Source of the DNA: an uncultured Dehalococcoidia bacterium
Lineage (GTDB): Bacteria > Chloroflexota > Dehalococcoidia > Lucifugimonadales > UBA2985
Direction: 5' to 3'
Assembly: GCA_964443385.1 (NCBI GenBank)
Contig: CAYUCO010000032.1
Location: forward strand, 1-52,598
DNA: 52,598 bases
Of the stretch, positions 38,064 to 48,081 are shown in pieces. Position 1 is the first letter of the stretch. Every line of letters starts with the position of its first letter. The position numbers and the translations under genes are program-made. The notes beneath the pieces were generated by a model that ran no database searches, had not been told where the DNA came from, and was given only the letters and a program-made list of their open reading frames with translations.

Positions 38064-38399
38064 TTAATCAACATCTGTCATCATGTCCATAGCATCCATT
38101 CTGGCAGTTAATTCTTCCCCTTCCATACCTATATCTGTACCAGACAAATCCTTTATACGACGCATCATATCAGCAGCACTGGCGGGGTCATCCTGATCAA
38201 AATCGGTCATTGTCTCCCAAGAAGGAAGATCTTTCATAAAGTCATTCCAGCTTGTAATAACTCTAACCTGAGAAATAATTCTAATGACAGAGGTAGATGA
38301 GCATTCCCCACAAACAGGATCTTTGATCTCAGAAAAACTCCTGTTTAGAACGGAAAATTTGCTTTCGCAATCATTACATCTATATTCGTAAATAGGCAT
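38064..38399 (-). CDS. FmdB-family zinc-ribbon protein with acidic C-terminal tail
   Basis: The N-terminus MPIYEYRCNDCESKF ... CGECSS carries CxxC...CxxC. GGAG lies 6 nt upstream of the ATG at 38399. The ORF-track start is at 38438. Confidence 0.65.
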   Translation of the reverse strand: MPIYEYRCNDCESKFSVLNRSFSEIKDPVCGECSSTSVIRIISQVRVITSWNDFMKDLPSWETMTDFDQDDPASAADMMRRIKDLSGTDIGMEGEELTARMDAMDMMTDVD

Positions 38400-38491
38400 A
38401 TGTATCTCCAACAAAGCAAATATTATCACATGGTCCATTCAGGGTAAACGATACTTTCACAGTTAAATGCTAAGTGAAAGACTATAAATGA

Positions 38492-39151
38492 CTATGTGCC
38501 TCGTACGGCATCATGGACTGGAGCGAAAGAAAGTCTATGAATCGGACAGGGACCTAGTTCTGCCAATTGTTTCCGGTGGAATTCAGTGGGATACCCTTTA
38601 TTATTAGCGAACCCATACTCGGGATAAGTTTGATCATACTCAATCATCAAACTATCTCTCGTAACTTTAGCAACTATCGATCCAGCAGCAATAGACACAG
38701 AAATCTGATCACCACGAATTATAGATTTGGAAGGCAAATATGGCACATCTATTTCCACTGCGTCAATCAATACGAAGTCAGGGTTCGTGCCCAAATCAGT
38801 TATTGCGATTACCATTGCCTCTATTGTTGCATTTAGGATTCCTATTTCATCTATACGAGAGTTGCCCACTATACCAGTCGACCAAAGTAAGCCCGAATCT
38901 TTGATTTCGGAGAAAATAGACTCCCTACGATTCGCTGAAAGTTGTTTACTATCTCTTACAGAGCGCAACCACGAATCACTAAATCCACGAGGTATAATTA
39001 CAGCCCCAGCTACTACTGGACCAGAGAGAGAACCGCGACCTACTTCGTCAACACCAACCACACTATTAAATCCCTGAGCCCATATCTCTGACTCTTGGGT
39101 AAAATCTGGTCTATTTTGAATCTTTCTCACATTCCTTATTCTACTACACAC
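38492..39151 (-). CDS. rnhB: Ribonuclease HII
   Basis: Motifs VGVDEVGRGSLSGPVV and DSKQLS are present. GTG start. Confidence 0.9.
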   Translation of the reverse strand: MCSRIRNVRKIQNRPDFTQESEIWAQGFNSVVGVDEVGRGSLSGPVVAGAVIIPRGFSDSWLRSVRDSKQLSANRRESIFSEIKDSGLLWSTGIVGNSRIDEIGILNATIEAMVIAITDLGTNPDFVLIDAVEIDVPYLPSKSIIRGDQISVSIAAGSIVAKVTRDSLMIEYDQTYPEYGFANNKGYPTEFHRKQLAELGPCPIHRLSFAPVHDAVRGT

Positions 39152-39207
39152 CCCAAAAATACGATAAGTAACAATATTATAGATCTATTACAATAACTGT
39201 TTTTGAT

Positions 39208-40311
39208 TCACAATGTGCCTGCGAATTCTGGAACAGATTCGGTTGCCTCTATATAACCCCCACCCAGCACTGTATCTCCCAAGTAAAATACCACCGCCTG
39301 TCCAGGAGTAATAGCTCTCTGCGGTTCTGAAAACTTTATCTCAGCCCAAGTTCCATGTGGAATCAAAACGGCGGGAGACAAACTAGATTTATACCTAATT
39401 TTAGCGGATATATTAATTTCCGTTTCAGGGACCAATCCAGATATATAGTTTACGTTACTCGCCCAAAGAACCGTTTGAAGGAGATCCTTTGAAGAACCAA
39501 CTACTATTTGATGAGTATTTCTTAATATACTTGTTACGAACAACGGCTCATGGGAATTTATACCCAAGCCTCTCCTTTGACCTATTGTAAAGTTTTCTAT
39601 TCCATCATGTTTTCCTATCAAATTCCCAGCTTTATCTATTATGTCTCCTGGAATTGCTTCGGTACGTTCGGCAATGAAAGATCTGTAATCGTTCATAGGT
39701 ATAAAACATATTACCTGACTGTCTATTTTGTCGGCAACAGGCAATCCATAGTCCCTAGCAATTTGTCTTATTTCTTGTTTGGTATATCCGCCAATAGGCA
39801 AAATCAGACTTTGAGCTTGATCAGGCTTAAGATTAAATAACACATAAGATTGATCCTTGGTATCATCAACTCCCATGCGGAGGATTGGAGAGCCACCATC
39901 GCTATTTAATCTCGCATAATGACCAGTAGCCACATAATCTACTCCCAAATACTTAGCTCTATTAAGTAAGAAGTCAAACTTGATTTTGTCATTACATGCT
40001 AAACATGGGTGCGGAGTTCTTCCCTTTTTATATTCATCAATAAAATAGTCTATGACATTCTCTTTAAACTCTCGTTGAAAATTCATAACATAATGAGGAA
40101 TACCTATTATCTGACACACTCGTCTAGCATCTTCGACGTCTTCCAACGTACAACAACCCTTAAAATTAATTGAACCAGATTCAGAATTGTCCTCCCAAAG
40201 CTTCATAGTAACTCCTACAACATCATAGCCCTGTTCTTTAAGCAAACAAGCGGCCACACAAGAATCCACTCCTCCACTCATAGCTACCACAACTTTAGCC
40301 TTACTAGACAT
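39208..40311 (-). CDS. mnmA: tRNA 2-thiouridine(34) synthase
   Basis: The PP-loop VAMSGGVDS, the catalytic Cys contexts (PCLACN, VICF) and the KDQSY motif are present. Confidence 0.95.
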   Translation of the reverse strand: MSSKAKVVVAMSGGVDSCVAACLLKEQGYDVVGVTMKLWEDNSESGSINFKGCCTLEDVEDARRVCQIIGIPHYVMNFQREFKENVIDYFIDEYKKGRTPHPCLACNDKIKFDFLLNRAKYLGVDYVATGHYARLNSDGGSPILRMGVDDTKDQSYVLFNLKPDQAQSLILPIGGYTKQEIRQIARDYGLPVADKIDSQVICFIPMNDYRSFIAERTEAIPGDIIDKAGNLIGKHDGIENFTIGQRRGLGINSHEPLFVTSILRNTHQIVVGSSKDLLQTVLWASNVNYISGLVPETEINISAKIRYKSSLSPAVLIPHGTWAEIKFSEPQRAITPGQAVVFYLGDTVLGGGYIEATESVPEFAGTL

Positions 40312-40402
40312 TCCTCATCGCTCCATTTCTATACAAAGTAATAAACACATCTGAGAATAACCAGTTAGTATTTGCATAGTCAAGTAATAATTAACATTAA
40401 AG

Positions 40403-40430
40403 TTGACCTGAGAACAAATTAGAATAAACT
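40403..40430 (+). promoter_or_regulatory. Putative sigma-70-type promoter of rsfS, positioned for a leaderless transcript
   Basis: TTGACC (40403-40408), a 16-nt spacer, then TAAACT (40425-40430). The ATG at 40437 begins 7 nt after the -10. No SD is present. Confidence 0.45.
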
Positions 40431-40436
40431 ATATAT

Positions 40437-40799
40437 ATGACAAATAAGACCACAGAAGAATTTTCCAATTTAGCTAGATTCGCAGTTGAAATAGCATCAG
40501 ATAAGCTAGCATCCGATATAGTTATGCTAGATATACGAGAAATGCAATCATTTACTGACTATTTCATAATTATTACAGTGGACAGTCAGCGACAGATGAA
40601 CACTCTTCTTGATGAACTTTCAATCTCTCTTAAAGATAAGGGCAGATCAGCACACCACATAGAAGGCTCATCACATTCAGGATGGTTACTCATGGACTAC
40701 GGTGAATTCGTAATCCATTTATTTGGGCCAGAGGAAAGGATATACTACGACCTAGAAAATATATGGAATGAAGGCAAGGTGGCTTTCAGGATTCAATAA
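40437..40799 (+). CDS. rsfS: Ribosome silencing factor
   Basis: 120 aa. The pattern DIVMLDI....[15 protein letters not shown] is typical of RsfS/YbeB. Confidence 0.9.
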   Translation: MTNKTTEEFSNLARFAVEIASDKLASDIVMLDIREMQSFTDYFIIITVDSQRQMNTLLDELSISLKDKGRSAHHIEGSSHSGWLLMDYGEFVIHLFGPEERIYYDLENIWNEGKVAFRIQ

Positions 40800-41244
40800 T
40801 CCAAGTATCTATGTCTCTGCCGTAATCAATTATTTCCCCATCGGAAAAGAACAAACTTATTTCGTGTTTAGCACTTTCTAATGAATCAGACCCGTGAACT
40901 AGATTACGTCCTATTTCTATACCGAAATCACCTCTTATCGTACCCGGTTGGGCATTAAGTGGATCTGTAGCCCCCATTGTGCTCCTAACAATTTCAACTG
41001 CCCTTGGGCCCTCAACTACCATTGCCACTACCGGTCCGGATGTTATGAAATTGACCAAGCCTTCAAAGAACGGCTTGCCTTCATGTGCTCCATAATGCCT
41101 AGTAGCCAGATCTCTTGATATCTGAAAAAGTTTCATGCCTGCGATTTTCAGGCCCCTAGACTCCAATTTTGATATAACTACACCACTAATACCTCTCTGA
41201 ACACCATCAGGTTTAACTAAAACTAAGGATCTTTCTGAACTCAC
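40786..41244 (-). CDS. ndk: Nucleoside-diphosphate kinase
   Basis: Motifs [12 protein letters not shown] and the NLVHGSD active-site His are present. The GTG start lies 5 nt after AGGAGG. Confidence 0.95.
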   Translation of the reverse strand: MSSERSLVLVKPDGVQRGISGVVISKLESRGLKIAGMKLFQISRDLATRHYGAHEGKPFFEGLVNFITSGPVVAMVVEGPRAVEIVRSTMGATDPLNAQPGTIRGDFGIEIGRNLVHGSDSLESAKHEISLFFSDGEIIDYGRDIDTWIIES

Positions 41245-41275
41245 AAATACCTCCTAAACATTTTTCGTATTAACA

Positions 41276-41956
41276 CTAACTTATACGAGGTTTAGAGATA
41301 GAAGGTCTACGTAAATAAATTGGCTCTACTGTAGACACATTCCCCCAAACCCCAATACTAAATATTTCGTAACCTATAGCAGCTATGGACGCCGGAAGCC
41401 TTGTGGGTGTGTTTTGTTCTGGAATTATAGCCAAAGCACCTAATTCATGTTTTATACTATCCGATACATTCTTAATACCTTCTCCACAAAATACAGTTTG
41501 TGTCGTTATAGTGGAACACAAATCAGTAGGCGTATATATGTCCTCTTTTATAATGCAACTCCATTTTTGATCGGCATCTGAATAGATAGACGCAGCTATT
41601 TCTCCTCTACCAATATCTAATACAGAACATATAGGCAACCCTAGACCCCGAAATTTATGTGCCTCTATCTCCATAGTATTGACCGAAATTAGCGGTATGC
41701 CTAAAGACTCACACAGCCCCTTAGCGGTACTCAATCCTACGCGAAGAGCACTGAAGCTGCCTGGACCAGCCGCCACTATAATACAATCTAAATCCCCTTT
41801 ATCTATACCCGAGCTATCTAGTAGATTAACTATACTTGGCAGTAACTCTTTAGAGTGATTTTGCTGTGAAAACCAAGAATATTGACACAATACATTCGCC
41901 TGGTCTGCCAGGCAAACACTAGCATATCTCGTTGACGTATCTATAGAAAGTTCCAT
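41276..41956 (-). CDS. tsaB: tRNA t6A37 biosynthesis protein TsaB
   Basis: The N-terminus LSIDTST and the GPGSFSALRVG motif are present. The gene is adjacent to tsaE. Confidence 0.85.
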   Translation of the reverse strand: MELSIDTSTRYASVCLADQANVLCQYSWFSQQNHSKELLPSIVNLLDSSGIDKGDLDCIIVAAGPGSFSALRVGLSTAKGLCESLGIPLISVNTMEIEAHKFRGLGLPICSVLDIGRGEIAASIYSDADQKWSCIIKEDIYTPTDLCSTITTQTVFCGEGIKNVSDSIKHELGALAIIPEQNTPTRLPASIAAIGYEIFSIGVWGNVSTVEPIYLRRPSISKPRIS

Positions 41957-42015
41957 ATCATCCTAATATTACTAAACTGAAACATCTCATGTCTCTATTT
42001 CAGATACTAACACTT

Positions 42016-42492
42016 CTAACGCTTTAAAAACCTGCTCCTCATGATACCAATAATGCTATCATAACGATCCCCTTCAAAATCCAACTCCAATGTCCTTTCG
42101 TTTCCCACATTGTAAGTAAATTTTATTACAAGACAGTCTGAGGGAAATGCTTCCAAAGCTTTGTCAGCCCATTCAATCACGGAAACTCCTAATCCTTCCA
42201 TATATTCCTCTAAGCCCATATCCAAAACCTCAGATATATCATTTAGCCTATAGATGTCCATATGATAAAGCGGTATTCTTCCTTGGTGTTCAGAAACTAA
42301 TACAAAAGTTGGGCTTCTGACGTATCCTTCTACTCCCAACCCTTTAGCGATACCCTGCGTAAGGCAAGTTTTACCCGAACCCAATTCACCTAATAACAGG
42401 ATTACATCACCTGGCTTTACATTTTGCCCTATACAAAACCCTATCTCTTGCGTTTCATCTGGAGAGGCAGTCTTTATAATAAATTTGGTCAT
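42016..42492 (-). CDS. tsaE: tRNA t6A37 biosynthesis ATPase TsaE
   Basis: The P-loop GELGSGKT, plus SPTF and YHMDIYRL, are present. Confidence 0.85.
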   Translation of the reverse strand: MTKFIIKTASPDETQEIGFCIGQNVKPGDVILLLGELGSGKTCLTQGIAKGLGVEGYVRSPTFVLVSEHQGRIPLYHMDIYRLNDISEVLDMGLEEYMEGLGVSVIEWADKALEAFPSDCLVIKFTYNVGNERTLELDFEGDRYDSIIGIMRSRFLKR

Positions 42493-43503
42493 TTAAGAAA
42501 AATGATCCCATCCGTTTCTACTAACGTAACGTGATTTTGTTCCTGTCTGATCAATTACAGAAACATTTCCAGGAGAATCTTCCACTATTTTTCCTATTAT
42601 TGCAGCGGATTCACCTAACAACTTTAACACATTCAAAACTTGTACGGATGAGCCAGTGAAGATTAATTCATAGTCTTCTCCCCCATTCAAGGCAAACTCA
42701 AAACACTCCTCTTCGCCAAACGATGAAGTCATGAATTCATCCATTGGTATATCTAATCTATTAATTACTGCTCCCACTTGACTGGCTTTACAAAGTTTAG
42801 AGAGATCTCCGGCCAAACCATCACTTACATCCATAGATGTGTTAATACCAAGACCTATCAAATGATCAACCAAATCTAACCTCGGCAATGGATTCAAGTG
42901 GGCCCTGACAAAGTGTTCCCAGTTAGGAATATCGTGAATATTTTGCTTAGACTGTAATATCTGCAATCCTGCTGCAGAACATCCCAAAAAGCCTGTAACC
43001 CCCACCAAATCTCCAGGTTTCGCGGTATCTCTCTGCATAATAGTAGTATCATTTCTTGAAGAACCCATCATAGCAATTGTTACAAATGTAACCGGGGATT
43101 TTACTATATCCCCTCCTACGATTGCACAATCATAATCTGAAGATGCCGAAAGAATACCATTGTAAAGTTCTTCAACGTCTTCAACTCTGGTTTCAGTGTC
43201 AAGTCCTAGGGTAACTACTGCTGAAGTAGGCTTTCCACCCATAGCAGCTATATCACTCAAGTTTACAACCATAGATTTCCATCCCAAGTCTCTCCAAGAC
43301 ATATAGTCATGAGAAAAGTGTACGTTCTCTACCAAAGTGTCTGTAGTCACAAGTTGCTTGTTATATTCGACATTAACTACAGCTGCGTCATCTCCAATAC
43401 CTAAAATCAAGTTACTTCCACTATTTAGTAAAATATTGGAATCGGCAACCATTTTGCCCAGCCGCTCTATCAATCCAAATTCGCCAATTTCCCCTAATCT
43501 CAT
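42493..43503 (-). CDS. thiL: Thiamine-monophosphate kinase
   Basis: The N-terminus GEFGLIERL, plus GDDAAV, LSDIAAMGG and DVSDGL, are present. Its stop abuts the tsaE start with no gap. Confidence 0.9.
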   Translation of the reverse strand: MRLGEIGEFGLIERLGKMVADSNILLNSGSNLILGIGDDAAVVNVEYNKQLVTTDTLVENVHFSHDYMSWRDLGWKSMVVNLSDIAAMGGKPTSAVVTLGLDTETRVEDVEELYNGILSASSDYDCAIVGGDIVKSPVTFVTIAMMGSSRNDTTIMQRDTAKPGDLVGVTGFLGCSAAGLQILQSKQNIHDIPNWEHFVRAHLNPLPRLDLVDHLIGLGINTSMDVSDGLAGDLSKLCKASQVGAVINRLDIPMDEFMTSSFGEEECFEFALNGGEDYELIFTGSSVQVLNVLKLLGESAAIIGKIVEDSPGNVSVIDQTGTKSRYVSRNGWDHFS

Positions 43504-43623
43504 TCAATCATTATACTTTCATGTATTCATCAAATCCAATGGATGTGAAAAATCCGACCCAGAGATCAATTTTACACACGAATTTAATACCGTTGAGACC
43601 ATCAAATAACCATCTTATTACTA

Positions 43624-43652
43624 TTGACACGCACCACGTTACATGATAGATT
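43624..43652 (+). promoter_or_regulatory. Putative promoter of the tRNA-Lys/tRNA-Leu pair
   Basis: TTGACA (43624-43629), a 17-nt spacer, then TAGATT (43647-43652). This lies about 50 nt upstream of tRNA-Lys. Confidence 0.55.
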
Positions 43653-43701
43653 CCGACTAATTGTATCTGTCTTCTTTTGATACCCGTTATTCGGGTCATG
43701 T

Positions 43702-43774
<73 letters not shown>

Positions 43775-43794
43775 AGAAATCAGTTACTGGTGGT

Positions 43795-43877
43795 GGGGAA
43801 GTGTCGGAATTGGCAGACGAGCATGATTTAGGATCATGTGCCGCTGAGGCGTAGGAGTTCGAGTCTCCTCTTCCCCA
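43795..43877 (+). tRNA. tRNA-Leu (anticodon UAG), long variable arm
   Basis: Hand-folded 83-nt cloverleaf. Acceptor stem GGGGAAG/CTTCCCC, D stem TCG/CGA with a GAATTGGCAGA loop, anticodon stem CATGA/TCATG with loop TTTAGGA. The variable arm is TGCCGCTGAGGCGT and the T arm is AGGAG-TTCGAGT-CTCCT. No CCA is encoded. Confidence 0.9.
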
Positions 43878-43979
43878 GTAATGTCATAAGAAATCTGTCA
43901 ACCGAAAAGGCGGGTCGGGAATATCGAATATAGCAACAGAAACTCCAAGTAGATTTACAACTAAGTTAAGGAGGGGAAA

Positions 43980-44975
43980 GTGGCAAAACTTCTAGAGGTT
44001 GATGACCTTGCAACTTATTTCTACACTCCCGAGGGAGTAGTAAAGGCAGTAGACGGTATAACGTACGACTTAGAGGAAGGGGAAGTCCTTGCACTAGTTG
44101 GTGAGAGCGGATGCGGAAAAAGTGTTAGCGCACTCTCCTTAATGCGGTTAATAGCCAATCCTGGTTTTAACGTACGTGGAACCGTGAAATTTGATGGAAA
44201 AGATCTTCTCGCATTGTCTGAACCAGAAATGCGCGGTATACGTGGCAATGATATGGCCATGATATTTCAGGAGCCAATGACTTCGCTTAACCCGGTTCTA
44301 ACTATCGGAAGACAACTTACAGAAGCGATCGCTTTGCATTTGGGCTACGATAAGCAACAGTCCATAGACAGAGCTGGTGATCTTCTCGAAATGGTAGGTA
44401 TACCAGAAGGCCGAGGCAGACTCAATGATTATCCACACCAATTTAGTGGAGGTATGAGACAAAGAGTTATGATAGCCATGGCCCTGAGTTGCAATCCCAA
44501 AATGTTAATTGCAGACGAACCAACTACAGCTTTGGACGTAACAATACAAGCCCAGATACTTGAACTTGTACAAGAACTTGGTAAAGAGACAGGAACTTCT
44601 GTATTGATAATTACTCACAACTTGGGAGTAGTCGCAAGATATGCAGACAGAGTAAACGTCATGTATGCCGGAAAGATAATTGAAAGAGGAAGCGCCAGGG
44701 AAATATACGGCAACCCCAGACACCCATACACGATAGGATTGCTGAAATCTGTCCCCAGATTGGATGAAGAAAGAAAAGCACTGTTGGAGCCAATAGAAGG
44801 CCTACCACCAGACCTAATTTTCTTGCCAGAGGGATGTGCCTTCAGGGCAAGATGTCAATATGCAATTGATAGATGTGCCACCGAAATACCTCCTTTGATC
44901 GAGGTAGCGGATGCACATACAGCAGCCTGTTTTGTCTCCGATCAACTAGGTTCAGAATGGGGAGGGAGTAAATAA
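43980..44975 (+). CDS. oppD: Oligopeptide/dipeptide-type ABC transporter ATP-binding protein
   Basis: Walker A GESGCGKS, signature FSGGMRQR, Walker [12 protein letters not shown] and a Cys-rich C-terminal Opp-type extension are present. The GTG start lies 5 nt after AAGGAGG. Confidence 0.85.
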   Translation: MAKLLEVDDLATYFYTPEGVVKAVDGITYDLEEGEVLALVGESGCGKSVSALSLMRLIANPGFNVRGTVKFDGKDLLALSEPEMRGIRGNDMAMIFQEPMTSLNPVLTIGRQLTEAIALHLGYDKQQSIDRAGDLLEMVGIPEGRGRLNDYPHQFSGGMRQRVMIAMALSCNPKMLIADEPTTALDVTIQAQILELVQELGKETGTSVLIITHNLGVVARYADRVNVMYAGKIIERGSAREIYGNPRHPYTIGLLKSVPRLDEERKALLEPIEGLPPDLIFLPEGCAFRARCQYAIDRCATEIPPLIEVADAHTAACFVSDQLGSEWGGSK

Positions 44976-44976
44976 A

Positions 44977-46014
44977 ATGGAAGATACAGCCAAGATGCCC
45001 TTAAATGATACCGGAAATTTGGTGGATGTTAAAAATCTCGTCAAATACTTCCCGGTCAGAAAAGGTATAGTGATCCAAAGACACGTCGCTGACGTAAAAG
45101 CAGTGGACGATGTCAGTTTCTTTATAAGGCCCGGAGAAACCTTGGGCATGGTTGGAGAAAGTGGCTGTGGTAAAACCACAGTAGCTCGAACTATGCTACA
45201 GCTTTATAGACCAACTTCAGGTACAGTTGAATTTCAAGGTCAGGATCTAGCTACACTTAAAGGTAGAGCCCTTCGTGATGCAAGACGTGAAATGCAAATG
45301 ATATTTCAGGATCCGTACGGTTCTCTCAACCCAAGAATGAACTGTGGAAATATTATTGGGGAACCACTGATAGTACACAAACTGACCAGAAGTAGAAACG
45401 AATACAGGGACCAAGTAGCAGAACTCCTTACTACAGTAGGTCTAGCACCATACATGGCAAGTCGTTTCCCACACGAATTCAGCGGTGGACAGAGACAGAG
45501 AATCGGTGTGGCTAGAGCACTGGCAGTGAGACCAAGCTTCATAGCGTGCGATGAGCCGGTATCGGCACTTGACGTGTCAATTCAAGCACAGCTTATAAAC
45601 CTTCTTGAAGAATTACAAGCTTCATTCAATTTAACATACCTATTCGTTGCCCATGACTTGTCAGTTGTTCGTCACATAAGTGACAGAATAGTAGTTATGT
45701 ACCTTGGTAAAATAGCTGAAATAGCTACTAGAGATGAGTTATATGCTAATCCACTTCATCCATACACACAGGCTCTCCTATCAGCGGTACCTATACCAGA
45801 CCCTGTAATTGAAGCAACAAGAAACAGAATCCTTCTTTCAGGCGACGTACCCAGCCCGCTACGACCACCTCCAGGGTGTGTGTTTAACCCAAGGTGCCAG
45901 TCAGTAGGAGACGATTGCGCAGGAACTCACCTAGAAGGTTTAACCAACGAGGCCGGAGTACCGGATCTGAGGGAAGTTTCACCTGACCATTGGGTCTCCT
46001 GTATAAAAGTATAG
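44977..46014 (+). CDS. oppF: Oligopeptide/dipeptide-type ABC transporter ATP-binding protein
   Basis: Walker A GESGCGKTT, signature FSGGQRQR, Walker B IACDEPVSALD and a Cys-containing C-terminal extension are present. Confidence 0.85.
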   Translation: MEDTAKMPLNDTGNLVDVKNLVKYFPVRKGIVIQRHVADVKAVDDVSFFIRPGETLGMVGESGCGKTTVARTMLQLYRPTSGTVEFQGQDLATLKGRALRDARREMQMIFQDPYGSLNPRMNCGNIIGEPLIVHKLTRSRNEYRDQVAELLTTVGLAPYMASRFPHEFSGGQRQRIGVARALAVRPSFIACDEPVSALDVSIQAQLINLLEELQASFNLTYLFVAHDLSVVRHISDRIVVMYLGKIAEIATRDELYANPLHPYTQALLSAVPIPDPVIEATRNRILLSGDVPSPLRPPPGCVFNPRCQSVGDDCAGTHLEGLTNEAGVPDLREVSPDHWVSCIKV

Positions 46015-46043
46015 CAACGATATACTGATATATTGATAAAAAA

Positions 46044-46077
46044 GAAGAGGTGGTTAAGCCACCTCTTCTTTTTTTTA
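46044..46077 (+). terminator. Rho-independent terminator after oppF
   Basis: GAAGAGGTGG (46044-46053) pairs with CCACCTCTTC (46059-46068) around a 5-nt loop. A 9-nt T-run (46069-46077) follows. Confidence 0.85.
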
Positions 46078-46131
46078 TGCGTATTGCACCCTATATATTT
46101 AGTTAAATAGCTGTGCTAGGATAATCTCGAT

Positions 46132-47961
46132 ATGAAAACCGACCACATAAGGAATTTCTCCATCATAGCCCATATAGATCACGGCAAGTCAACATTAGCT
46201 GATAGATTACTGGAAATAACTGGAACTGTCAGTTCCCGAGATATGACAGAACAAATCATGGATCAAATGGAGTTAGAGAGAGAAAGAGGTATAACAATTA
46301 AAGGTAAGGCTGTGAAAATGTCTTACGACAGACAAGGATCGCATTTTCAGTTAAATCTGATAGATACTCCAGGTAATGTAGATTTTGGATATGAAGTCTC
46401 TAGAGCCTTAGCAGCTTGCGAAGGAGCTATTCTGGTTGTAGACGCAACACAAGGAATACAGGCTCAAACACTTGCCAACGTGTATTTAGCATTGGAACAT
46501 GATATGACGATAATACCCGTAGTTAATAAAATAGACCTGCAAGTAGCTCAGCCTGCCAGAGTTTCCTTAGAACTACAGCAAGCCTTCGGATTCACTGATG
46601 AAGAAATTATATTTGTTTCTGCCAAAGACGGATCCGGTATAGAAGATTTATTGCAAGCCATTATCGAAAGAATCCCACCTCCTAAGACAGAATCTGACGA
46701 ATTAAGAGCCTTAGTCTTCGACTCTAATTACGATCCGTATAAAGGTGTAGTTGCGTATGTGCGATTATTTGACGGTCATATAGAAAAAGGTTCCCAAATG
46801 TTAATGATGGCGACGGGTTCCAAAGCCGACATTCTAGAAGTGGGAAACTTTCTTCCTAGACCCACTCAAACTTCCGTATTGGCTGCGGGGGAAGTCGGAT
46901 ATATAGCAACCGGTTTAAAAAATGTTCGGGAATGTAGAGTCGGAGATACCCTAACATTAACAAGCAATCCTGCAACTAAATCCCTCCCAGGATATCAACC
47001 TCTAAAACCTATGGTCTTTGCTGGGCTTTATCCATCAGATGGGGATGAATATCTGGTTTTAAGAACCGCTTTGGAAAAATTACAACTAAATGACGCTGCT
47101 CTAGTTTACGAACCAGAAACAAGTGCTGCATTGGGCTTTGGTTTCAGATGTGGATTTCTGGGACTTTTGCATATGGAAATAGTTCAAGAAAGATTAGAAA
47201 GAGAATATGGTTTAAATTTGCTGATAACTGCTCCCAGTGTTAGATATAGTGTTATTAAAACAGATGGTGAAGAAATAGAAGTTGATAGCCCAGCAAAACT
47301 TCCTCCAACTCACCTGATAACAGAAATGAAAGAGCCCATACTGTCGCTTAATATAGTTGTCCCTTCTAAATTCATAGGGCCGGTTATGGAAATAGTGACA
47401 GCAAAACGGGGTGAATTCGTCAGAATGGAATATCTCCAAAACAACGCGTTTGATGAATCAGACACGGATTCATCCGAATCTAGGGTGCTTTTGGAATACA
47501 AAGCACCTTTGTCGGAAATATTAATGGATTTTTACGATCAACTTAAATCCAGAACGCATGGATATGCTTCAATGGATTATTCCATTTTTGGATATAAATC
47601 CGCTCCATTGGTTAAACTCGACATACTAGTGAACAATCAACCAGTCGACGCACTCTCCCTCATAGTTCATAAGGAAAAATCTCTCCAACAGGGTAAAACC
47701 CTAGTAGAACGTCTAAAAACCTTAATCCCTAGACAAATGTTTGAAGTGCCGGTTCAAGCTGCAATCGGCAACCGTGTCATATCTAGGGAAACTATACGAG
47801 CCCTCAGGAAAAATGTGCTGGCAAAGTGCTATGGCGGAGATATTACAAGGAAGAGAAAATTATTAGAGAAACAGGCTGAAGGCAAGAAACGCATGAAAAG
47901 GGTCGGGAATGTAGAGATACCTCAAGAAGCTTTTCTAGCAATCCTGCAACTAGACAGATGA
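46132..47961 (+). CDS. lepA: Elongation factor 4
   Basis: The N-terminus [22 protein letters not shown], plus [12 protein letters not shown] and the LepA-specific C-terminal domain, are present. Confidence 0.97.
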   Translation: MKTDHIRNFSIIAHIDHGKSTLADRLLEITGTVSSRDMTEQIMDQMELERERGITIKGKAVKMSYDRQGSHFQLNLIDTPGNVDFGYEVSRALAACEGAILVVDATQGIQAQTLANVYLALEHDMTIIPVVNKIDLQVAQPARVSLELQQAFGFTDEEIIFVSAKDGSGIEDLLQAIIERIPPPKTESDELRALVFDSNYDPYKGVVAYVRLFDGHIEKGSQMLMMATGSKADILEVGNFLPRPTQTSVLAAGEVGYIATGLKNVRECRVGDTLTLTSNPATKSLPGYQPLKPMVFAGLYPSDGDEYLVLRTALEKLQLNDAALVYEPETSAALGFGFRCGFLGLLHMEIVQERLEREYGLNLLITAPSVRYSVIKTDGEEIEVDSPAKLPPTHLITEMKEPILSLNIVVPSKFIGPVMEIVTAKRGEFVRMEYLQNNAFDESDTDSSESRVLLEYKAPLSEILMDFYDQLKSRTHGYASMDYSIFGYKSAPLVKLDILVNNQPVDALSLIVHKEKSLQQGKTLVERLKTLIPRQMFEVPVQAAIGNRVISRETIRALRKNVLAKCYGGDITRKRKLLEKQAEGKKRMKRVGNVEIPQEAFLAILQLDR

Positions 47962-48081
47962 TTATCAAACCTCAATCATTAGAACTTTTGTAATAACCCA
48001 CAACACAGTGCCTGCAAGCACATATCCAACCAATAGTGTAGAATTATGGTCCTATATATGTAACTTCGAGAAACTATAATT

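Noticed and set aside
43511-43699. 62-aa minus-strand ORF filling the gap between thiL and tRNA-Lys
   Set aside because: It has no SD and an odd Trp/Cys/Ile-rich composition. It would begin 2 nt from the tRNA gene. It also contains the good TTGACA-17-TAGATT promoter for the tRNAs on the other strand. It is most likely non-coding.
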